A DNA stretch of 63,168 nucleotides, filler included, from Octopus bimaculoides (lineage: Eukaryota), in the NCBI RefSeq assembly GCF_001194135.2. It is 4 parts of 4 records of this genome, joined end to end, with 100 filler letters (N's around TTAATTAATTAA, not from the genome) between each part and the next. Parts side by side here need not be neighbours in the genome. Positions count along the whole stretch, not along the records: positions 23,028 to 54,872 come from NC_068988.1; positions 54,973 to 58,127 come from NW_026345184.1; positions 58,228 to 63,168 come from NC_068989.1; 1 more part is not named here. The stretch is one strand, 5' to 3'. The first letter of the stretch is position 1, and every line of letters begins with the position of its first letter. The notes beneath the pieces were generated by a model, which ran no database searches, was not told where the DNA came from, and saw only the letters and a list, made by a program, of their open reading frames with translations. Shown here piece by piece: positions 53,896 through 63,168 of the stretch. A program made the position numbers and the translations under genes.

Positions 53896-54400
53896 GGACG
53901 CTTGCAATATTTTCTTATATTTTCGTTTTTCTCTTTTTTGTCTTTGTTCACATAACTTCATTGGGTAAAAATGAACAATATGGGGTATTTATTCTAATAA
54001 TCTATCAATGAAAGTTTCGTTGCGCTATGTGTCGAGAAAACACTCGGCTTAGAAATGGAAACAAAATTAAAAGGAGAAAAACTGATAATGACAATAATAA
54101 TTCATAAGGCATCACCTATATACAGGCAGTGAAACCAACAGTACAAGCAAATTCATTAAACTATATTCGATACTTGCAGCTTAGGAAGACAGATTATGAT
54201 TAAATGTTGATCAGCTGTATGAATCAAATGTAAGATTCAAATATGAAGATGAAATAAATTAGAATCCAAAATATACATAAGCAGATAAATAATAATGTGT
54301 ATTTCTAACACTGGCGCCGTGTAATTTCCTTTTTGATATTGAAACTAGTATTTAAATGGAATATCAAATTGAATGTAATATGTACACCGTCGTTTGAATT

Positions 54401-54475
<75 letters not shown>

Positions 54476-54479
54476 TATA

Positions 54480-54515
<36 letters not shown>

Positions 54516-54802
54516 TATATACATATATATATTTATATGTATATATAAAATTATAAATTTATAAATATTTACAAAATTATATATATATAAATGCGTATAG
54601 TATATGTATGCATGTACATAATTATGCATGTATATCTCGCAGTTGTGTGGCATATTAATACATAAATTGAAAACTTTTTAATTTCCGTTACTCAGCATCC
54701 TTTTGTCTCAGTTTTACGCCATTCATTTAACCAATATTTCATGGTGAATTGGTAAGTTGTGACCATATTGTATGTGTATGTATTATGTGTTCGTGTGTGT
54801 GT

Positions 54803-54872
<70 letters not shown>

Positions 54873-55853
54873 NNNNNNNNNNNNNNNNNNNNNNNNNNNN
54901 NNNNNNNNNNNNNNNNTTAATTAATTAANNNNNNNNNNNNNNNNNNNNNNNNNNNNNNNNNNNNNNNNNNNNATATGTATGTATGTATGTATGTATGTAT
55001 ATATATATATAAATATATATATTTATTTCTGTGTTTATGTTGCTATATTTCCTGTTTTTGTTCTTGGTTCTCATAATTGTTTTAGCTTTGCCTCCGTTCA
55101 TATCGTTTTTTACGGTTGGATGATCCTTCTCTCAGCGACCCTTACCTCTTTAGACAGTGATGTATTCGTGCTGTCTGATCATCGCGAGGACCGAGATACC
55201 AGTTGTGGTATGTGAAAGAAATCATGAAATACCTCGCTATTTCAATAAGAAAGCTTAATATGTGCTGTGAAATTGTAACTTTTGCCAATGCAAGCGTAGA
55301 TGCACTTGTGCATGCATAGACACAAACGGACACACGCACACACGCACACACTCCACTCACACGCGCTCGCAGGCACGCGATCATCGTAGAGATGTATGTA
55401 TGCCTGTATGTATTTATGTGTGTGCGTACGTATATTTGCAGGTGCGTATGTATGTGTGTGTGTGTGTGTGTGTCAGTGAGTGCATGTATGTATGTGTGTA
55501 TGTATGTGTGTATGTATGTATCTATCTCTCCATCCATCTATCTATGTATCTATGTGCTTTTATATATTTCCATTTTTAAAATAGATCTGTGTATATGTGT
55601 GTGTGTGTGCCTATGTGTGTATGTGTATAGATATACACATACGAACCCACATGCATAGATTTCTATATGCGTGTGTGCTTGTGTACATGTGTAAAAATTT
55701 TTATCCCTTACTCTCTCTCTCTCTTAAACTCCTTCTTCCTCCTTCTTCTCACATTCTCTCTGTATGATACACAGACAGAAACAGAGTAAGTGTGAGAGAG
55801 CTCCTTATATATGTATGTATTTGTAGCTATCTATATATTTATACTTACAAACA

Positions 55854-55884
<31 letters not shown>

Positions 55885-56169
55885 NNNNNNNNNNNNNNNN
55901 NNNNNNNNNNNNNNNNNNNNNNNNNNNNNNNNNNNNNNNNNNNNNNNNNNNNNNNNNNNNNNNNNNNNNNNNNNNNNNNNNNNNNNNNNNNNNNNNNNNN
56001 NNNNNNNNNNNNNNNNNNNNNNNNNNNNNNNNNNNNNNNNNNNNNNNNNNNNNNNNNNNNNNNNNNNNNNNNNNNNNNNNNNNNNNNNNNNNNNNNNNNN
56101 NNNNNNNNNNNNNNNNNNNNNNNNNNNNNNNNNNNNNNNNNNNNNNNNNNNNNNNNNNNNNNNNNNNNN

Positions 56170-56270
56170 NTTCATCTTTTCGGGGTCAATAGATTAAGTA
56201 CCAGTTGCACACAGGGGGCGATCTAATCGACATGCTCCCTTCCCCAAAATGTCGTGCCTAAATTAGAAAA
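56170..56270 (+). mobile_element. SINE family E, 3' part after a gap
   Basis: TTCATCTTTTCGGGGTCAATAGATTAAGTACCAGTTGC. Confidence 0.7.
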
Positions 56271-56329
56271 GTATAGTTATAAACTTTCTATTTACCAAAA
56301 GTATAGTTATAAAGATTCCGTTTACCAAA

Positions 56330-56460
56330 TTTCCTCACAGGGATTTGGTCAGTTTGATGCTACAGTTGTAGACAATTGCCCAAGATGCCACGCAGTGAGA
56401 CCGAACTCGGAACCATATGGTTGGGGAACAAGCTTCTTACCACACAGCCACGCCTGCACC
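56330..56460 (-). mobile_element. SINE family B head
   Basis: TTGCCCAAGATGCCACGCAGTG...CTTACCACACAGCCACGCC. Confidence 0.8.
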
Positions 56461-57085
56461 TTACAAAATCTTATCAGTTCCACAGCAGATACATTACTGT
56501 AACTTGTAAACCTTTGAATGACTTATCAAAGCATCGTTTCAATCGATTCGAACGCGCTCCGCTCACTTGAAAGCTGGAAATTCTGTACCCTATTCTATCG
56601 AACCATCAACATTTAAGAAACCATATTTTATTTAATTTATTTATTCAGTGGGAAGCCCATATATTAATCCAATTATTAACTAAGGATTCTCTATCAAAAG
56701 TTTAAATTCCTAAAGATAAACCTCCAGTTTGCTGTTTTCAGCGAAAAATATATCTCCAAGAAATTGCCCTTCATATGACACACTAACTTCTTCAAATATA
56801 TGAACGGTCTCGTATAGTTGAGATTGCAGAACGCAGTCATGCGTGAGATAAAAATAAATATAAATAGACAAGTCGTTAAACAGTGAATAGTCAAGTTTGA
56901 TACGTTATATAAATAACTTACTTATTAAACAGATTATCTCGCACTTGGCGACATTTTCTAAAGCAAACTTCGTCTACAGAGAGAAAATCATCTGTTTTTT
57001 TCTCTTCTTTACACAAAAGAATGCGTGTGTATGTGTGTCTATAATACATACATGTATATATATACATACATACATGTATATAAAT

Positions 57086-57116
<31 letters not shown>

Positions 57117-57470
57117 CATACATATATATATGTATATACATACATATACATACACATGCATACATGCAACTATATATATACATACATAGTTATATATATA
57201 CATACAACTATATATATAGGCATACATCTATATATACATATATATACATACATGCATCTATATATGTATACATACATGCATCTATATATATGTATACATA
57301 CAAACTTCTATATATATATGTATACGTGCATACATACATATATATATGTATTTACATCTCTCTCTCTCTCTCTATATATATATATAGACGTAAATACATC
57401 AATATATATATATATATATGTATATATATGCGTACATACATACAAATATGCATACATATATATATGAAGA

Positions 57471-57677
57471 AGCACTCCGTCAGTTACGACGATGAGTGTC
57501 CCCGCTGATACGATCAAAGGTTCTGGTTGCTCGTGAAATTAATGTGCAAGTGGCTGAGTACTCTACATTAATTTAGTTCTTTGGGAGATTCAGCATAACA
57601 GGGCCGGCTCTTTGAAATACAGCTTCTACTTATTTTTTCCAGTTGAGTTAACAGCAGCAACCTGAAATAAAGTGTCC
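57471..57677 (-). mobile_element. SINE family A1, degenerate
   Basis: GCACTCCGTCAGTTACGACGATGAG tail and GCTCGTGAAATTAATGTGCAAGTGGCTGAG body. Confidence 0.7.
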
Positions 57678-57813
57678 ATATATAGATATACATATTTATA
57701 TTTATACATATATGCATATATGTACATATATAAATATATATATACAGATATACCCATATGCATATACATATAAACCTACATGTATATACATACATATATA
57801 TACATATACATAC

Positions 57814-57874
<61 letters not shown>

Positions 57875-58087
57875 CATATATGCATACACATATTTACATA
57901 CATTTACATATACCGGGTCGAGCAAAACTTGTTGGTGTATTTCGTAGACAGACCTTGGATGAAACTTATCCGTGTTTGTGACCACCATACGTATGTATAT
58001 ACTCAAATACATACATACATACATACACACACTCTCTCTCTCACACACACACACATATATATATATATATTCATACATACATAGATG

Positions 58088-58127
<40 letters not shown>

Positions 58128-58769
58128 NNNNNNNNNNNNNNNNNNNNNNNNNNNNNNNNNNNNNNNNNNNNTTAATTAATTAANNNNNNNNNNNNNNNNN
58201 NNNNNNNNNNNNNNNNNNNNNNNNNNNTATATATATATACAGACACACATATGTATGTTTTTTTTAGATTTATTGATTTGTGTATTGTGCTTCTGTGTAA
58301 GTGTGTGTGTGTGTGTGTGTGTGTGTGCTTCTGTGTGTGTGCTTCTGTGTGTGTTTGTGCATGTGTGCATGTAATTATAGCCCTGTGATATTTCTATTCA
58401 TGGCTAAAATGTTTTTGGGCCGATATACTGCTTACAATTTACTTCATACTTTCAGCAGTATTGTTGTGGCTTTTAGATCGTAACATTTAATTAACAATGC
58501 TTCAGGAAAAGCTACCAACACCAACGGCAAAGGTAACAGTGCTTTCACAAACAGTCACAGCTCTCTCTGTCTCAGCAGGGGCTGCAAGACCAGATTTCTT
58601 TGGACATGTAGAGGCTTTCCCAGGGCCATTTCATTTCCTAGTATTAAAGGGTAACTAGAATTGCAGGGTTTGTTTAGGAGTGGCCAACACAAGAAGGGTG
58701 TGTAAGAGATTCACAAATCTGCTCAGATGTTTTCAATATTCTAATTTATCTTCTATTGTTTTGCTTTTT

Positions 58770-59322
58770 ACTTGTGTCAGTCATTAGAGTGTGGCCATGT
58801 CGGAGCAATGCTTTGAAGAATTTTTAGTTGAATGAATTGACCTTAGTGCATTTTCTTTTTTAATCCTGCTGCTCATTCTATCAGTCTCTTTTGCTGAACC
58901 ACTAAGTTACGGAGATGTAAACACACCAACACTGGTTGTCAAGCAGTGGTGGGGGACAAACACAGACGCACACAAAAATATATATGTATGTGTGCGTGTG
59001 TGAGTATCATCATCATCATCATCATCATCATTTAACGTCCACTTTCCATGCTGGCATGGGTTGGATGGCTTGACTGAGGACTGGCAAACGATTAGAGCCT
59101 GGTGCAACTCTCTGGCTTGTCAGCTCCTCACAAACTGTCCAACCTATGCCAGCATGGAAAACAAACATTAAATGATAATGATGATGATGATGATATATAC
59201 ATATATACAATGGGCTCCTTTCAGTTTCAATCTACCAAATCCACGCACAAGGCCTTGGTCAGCTTGAGGCTACAGTAGAAGACACTTGCCCAAGGTGCCA
59301 CGCAGTGGGACTGAACTGAAAT
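58770..59322 (-). mobile_element. Composite SINE with a hairpin element inserted in its internal microsatellite
   Basis: C ~58770-58972; microsatellite; hairpin 59006-59194; B ~59205-59322. Confidence 0.8.
59006..59194. mobile_element. Inverted pair of (GAT)n-tailed retroposon 3' ends (family D)
   Basis: (CAT)nTTAACGTCCACTTTCCATGCTGGCATGGGTTGGA ... TCCAACCTATGCCAGCATGGAAAACAAACATTAAATGAT(GAT)n; same arm as 61610. Confidence 0.75.
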
Positions 59323-59530
59323 CCCTGTGTTTGGGAAGCAAGTTTCTTACCACACAGCCATGTCTGTCTTCCATGTTGGCCTGAGTTGGTATTGTTTAAA
59401 TTTCCTAAGCACACCAATGGACAAACCACACTGCTTAGAGATTTCATTGGGTCACCCCACATGGATAATGGAAGTCATACAAGGACCAGTCAAACACTGG
59501 TTTTAATTAAATTGCCCATAATCCCCACTT

Positions 59531-60438
59531 ACGTGGCCTGAGCAATAAAGTATCTGGACTATTGCCATAGTAATGAAGCTGAAACATGTAGAGTGAAGCT
59601 GCTCACCAAAAACCGACCTTGAACTCTGCTGTGTATGTGGACTAAGTTTTAATGTTCTAGCTCACTTTCACTATTAATGCGACAATTACATGCTACACAC
59701 CTTCCTTCCAAAGTATTTGGAAGGAAGGTGTGTAGCGTGTGATTGTTGCATTAACCATGACAGAGAAAGTTGTCATGGTGATACCTGCTCAGAGGCCGAC
59801 GCAAAGTTGCAGAAAATGTATGGAGAGGAGTGTATGAGTTGTACACAAGTGTATGGGTAGTTCAGACGTTTCCAAGATGGCCGAAAATCTGTCAATATTG
59901 ACAAATGTTCTGGGAGACTTGCAACCAGCAGAACTGAGAAAAATATCACAGATGTGCATGCAGCTGTGGGGGGAAATCGTCAAATCACCACCTGTGAGTT
60001 ATCAGAGGATATGCAGATTAGTTACAGTTCAATTCAGTCCATTATCACTGAAGATTTGGGTATGAGACATGTGTCTGCCAAGTTTGTGCCAAAACTGCTT
60101 TTAGCTGACCAAAAAGAAACTTGGGTTTCAGTTGCGCAAGATCTCCTTGATTATGTCAAGAATGATGAAAACTTTTTTTGAAAACATTGCGTAGGCCTGA
60201 GCAGGTATCACCAAGCTTTTGGCAAAATTTGATGCAGATTCTCTGTCATGGTCAATGCGACAATCACATGCTACACACCTTCCTTCCAAGCACTGCTGTA
60301 AACAGCGCAGAAGTGAGCTAGAACATTAAAACTTAGTGCACATGCACAGCTGAGTTCAAGGTCAATCTGTGCCAAGTGGCTTCACTTTGCGTACTTTAGC
60401 CTTGTTACTTGTTACTATACTTATTGATCAGACCACGT
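59531..60438 (+). mobile_element. Non-autonomous mariner derivative with long inverted termini and transposase N-terminal fragment
   Basis: SEADAKLQKMYGEECMSCTQVYG*FRRFQDGRKSV...NRQITTCELSEDMQISYSSIQSIITEDLGMRHVSAKFVPKLL (mariner HTH plus WVP-like linker); ends ACGTGGCCTGAGCAATAA and TTATTGATCAGACCACGT. Confidence 0.9.
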
Positions 60439-60705
60439 TTATATGTGAGTCGATAGATTTCTGAGATTAGATAACAGACCACAAATATCAAGCTAACAGT
60501 AATTTGGATTTATTAATTCTCATCGGAGAATTCTCTTATTTCCATTGCTGTAATATCAAAAGAATACATCAACATAACATGAATAATTAAAAATTCAATA
60601 TATCTAAAAATATTTATGTCTAAAGCTTAGTTTTGCTGTGGTATGTGGCCTGGAGGATTTCTTAACAGATGTCAAACAATGTAAAGTAACTTAGGAATAT
60701 ACATA

Positions 60706-60867
60706 GGTGCAGGAGTGGCTGTGTGGTAAGTAGCTTGCTTACCAACCACATGGTTCCGGGTTCAGTCCCACTGCGTGGCACCTTGGGCAAGTGTCTTCTA
60801 CTATAGCCTCGGGCCAACCAAAGCCTTGTGAGTGGATTTGGTAGACAGGAACTGAGAGAAGCCCATC

Positions 60868-60904
<37 letters not shown>

Positions 60905-61150
60905 CATATATATATGTATATGTATATGTATATGTATGTGTGTGTATATGTTTGTGTGTCTGTGTTTGTCTCCACACCATTGCTTGACAACCGATGCTGT
61001 TGTGTTTACGTCCCCATAACTTAGCGGTACGGTAAAAGAGACCAATAGAATAAGTACTAGGCTTATAAAGAATAAGTCCTGGGGTTGATTTGCTCGACTA
61101 AAGGCAGTGCTCCAGCATGGCCACAGTCAAATAACCAAAACAAATAAAAG
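60706..61150 (+). mobile_element. Composite SINE, best-preserved copy
   Basis: B ~60706-60870; (TA)n/(TATG)n/(TG)n tract; C ~60950-61150. Confidence 0.9.
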
Positions 61151-61309
61151 AATAAAAGAAAAGAATAAAAGAATACAAATCTAACTTTTTTTTTTAATGC
61201 AATTCTGAGATATTTTTCTCTTGAAATTAAAGCAGAGGGGTTAAATAAATTTTTGAAGACTAATAAATCTAAAACTAATGTTAGTTCTATGTTTGTGTTA
61301 TGTGGTAAG

Positions 61310-61520
61310 TCGAGGTGACAGAATTGCTTGCGAGCTGGGTAAAATGCTTTGTGGTTTTTCCTCTGACTTTTAATTCTGAGTTCAAATTCTGCCGAGGTTG
61401 ACTTTGCCTTTCGTAAAAATAAGTACCAGTTGAACACACACCAGGGTTGATGTAATTAGCTTACTCCCTCCTCCGAAATTTCTGGCCTTGTGCCAAAATT
61501 TGAAATCAATATTTGTGTTA
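61310..61520 (+). mobile_element. SINE family E
   Basis: TCTGAGTTCAAATTCTGCCGAGGTTGACTTTGCCTTTC...AATAAGTACCAGTTG. Confidence 0.8.
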
Positions 61521-61556
61521 TGTTGCTGTGAACTTAGATTCATTCTGCAGAAAGAC

Positions 61557-61592
<36 letters not shown>

Positions 61593-61609
61593 CATACATA
61601 TATATCATC

Positions 61610-61798
61610 ATCATCATCATCATCATCGTTTAACGTCTGCTTTCCATGCTAGCATGGGTTGGACGATTTGACTGAGGACTGGTGAAACCGGATGGCAACA
61701 CCAGGCTCCAGTCTGATTTGGCAGAGTTTCTACAGCTGGATGCCCTTCCTAACGCCAACCACTCAGAGAGTGTAGTGGGTGCTTTTACGTGTCCCCCG
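61610..61798 (-). mobile_element. Family D (GAT)n-tailed retroposon 3' end, RTE-like
   Basis: (CAT)nCGTTTAACGTCTGCTTTCCATGCTAGCATGGGTTGG...GGATGCCCTTCCTAACGCCAACC; runs into a gap. Confidence 0.65.
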
Positions 61799-63168
61799 NN
61801 NNNNNNNNNNNNNNNNNNNNNNNNNNNNNNNNNNNNNNNNNNNNNNNNNNNNNNNNNNNNNNNNNNNNNNNNNNNNNNNNNNNNNNNNNNNNNNNNNNNN
61901 NNNNNNNNNNNNNNNNNNNNNNNNNNNNNNNNNNNNNNNNNNNNNNNNNNNNNNNNNNNNNNNNNNNNNNNNNNNNNNNNNNNNNNNNNNNNNNNNNNNN
62001 NNNNNNNNNNNNNNNNNNNNNNNNNNNNNNNNNNNNNNNNNNNNNNNNNNNNNNNNNNNNNNNNNNNNNNNNNNNNNNNNNNNNNNNNNNNNNNNNNNNN
62101 NNNNNNNNNNNNNNNNNNNNNNNNNNNNNNNNNNNNNNNNNNNNNNNNNNNNNNNNNNNNNNNNNNNNNNNNNNNNNNNNNNNNNNNNNNNNNNNNNNNN
62201 NNNNNNNNNNNNNNNNNNNNNNNNNNNNNNNNNNNNNNNNNNNNNNNNNNNNNNNNNNNNNNNNNNNNNNNNNNNNNNNNNNNNNNNNNNNNNNNNNNNN
62301 NNNNNNNNNNNNNNNNNNNNNNNNNNNNNNNNNNNNNNNNNNNNNNNNNNNNNNNNNNNNNNNNNNNNNNNNNNNNNNNNNNNNNNNNNNNNNNNNNNNN
62401 NNNNNNNNNNNNNNNNNNNNNNNNNNNNNNNNNNNNNNNNNNNNNNNNNNNNNNNNNNNNNNNNNNNNNNNNNNNNNNNNNNNNNNNNNNNNNNNNNNNN
62501 NNNNNNNNNNNNNNNNNNNNNNNNNNNNNNNNGTACGCATGCGTCATACAGTCTGCCTTTTACTCTGAGTGAGAGTCCCTTTGTCGCCAGCAGGGGTAAG
62601 AGCTCTCTAAACTTTGCCCAGGCTATTCTTATTCTAGCAGCTACACTTTCAGCGCACCCACCCCCACTACTAACTTGGTCGCCCAGATAGCGGAAGCTAT
62701 CGACTACCTCTAGTTTTTCACCCTGGAATGAGATATATATATATATATATATATATCAAAAGGATGTGTTATAACACTATTCATGATATACAAAAACTAC
62801 CATACTGCCATACCAACAGTCCAACATATCTCCATCATCAGCTGCCCCACAGATATCATTATGGTTTTGACACCTAGGCAGTACCATTCAATCCGGTGAT
62901 ATCAGCAGCACCAAAATAAGTGTTGTTTGGGAACAAACATATCAAAGAAACCACAACTTTCAAACACATTTACCCTCTGTACAAAAATATTGGTAAAATA
63001 AATTCGATAAGTAAATCAATAATCAACTCCTAAATATGTAATTATATGCATATATATGTATACACATATATATATATTTATATTATTCAAAAGAATTCCA
63101 ACTCTGTTTTTTTATGTTTTATTTATATTCCTCTATACACTGTCATACAAACCCCTTCCTTCTATATA

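Overview
This is AT-rich, microsatellite-dense eukaryotic DNA with many N gaps. The repeat families resemble those of coleoid cephalopods, most likely an Octopus draft assembly; this is recognition from memory, not a database hit. I cannot support any intact host protein-coding gene, tRNA, rRNA or CRISPR array. Nearly all long ORFs in the track are microsatellite or N read-through. The window reads as intronic or intergenic sequence built from four kinds of material. (1) Several tRNA-headed SINE families, labelled A, B/C and E here, including a composite 'SINE head - internal microsatellite - second module' element present in five complete copies. (2) Decayed LINE fragments (CR1/L2-like, R4/Dong-like, RTE-like). 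(3) Decayed Tc1, mariner and maT transposases plus Tigger-like MITEs. (4) Several inverted-repeat structures. The most distinctive observations are these. A mariner derivative has its 5' end copied in inverted orientation at its 3' end, and carries a nested 39-bp stem whose three mismatches are all G-U on one strand and A-C on the other. A foldback element has 29-bp subrepeats in its arms. There is a perfect 22-bp hairpin, head-to-tail SINE arrays, a tandem array of Pol III B-box-like 17-mers and a cryptic decayed ~33-bp minisatellite. Together these would give a transcript many dsRNA substrates, relevant in a lineage known for heavy A-to-I editing and many novel miRNAs. Transcription of this window is not shown by the sequence. 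Three N44-TTAATTAATTAA-N44 blocks are assembly linkers, not biology. Repeat boundaries were placed by eye and are approximate.
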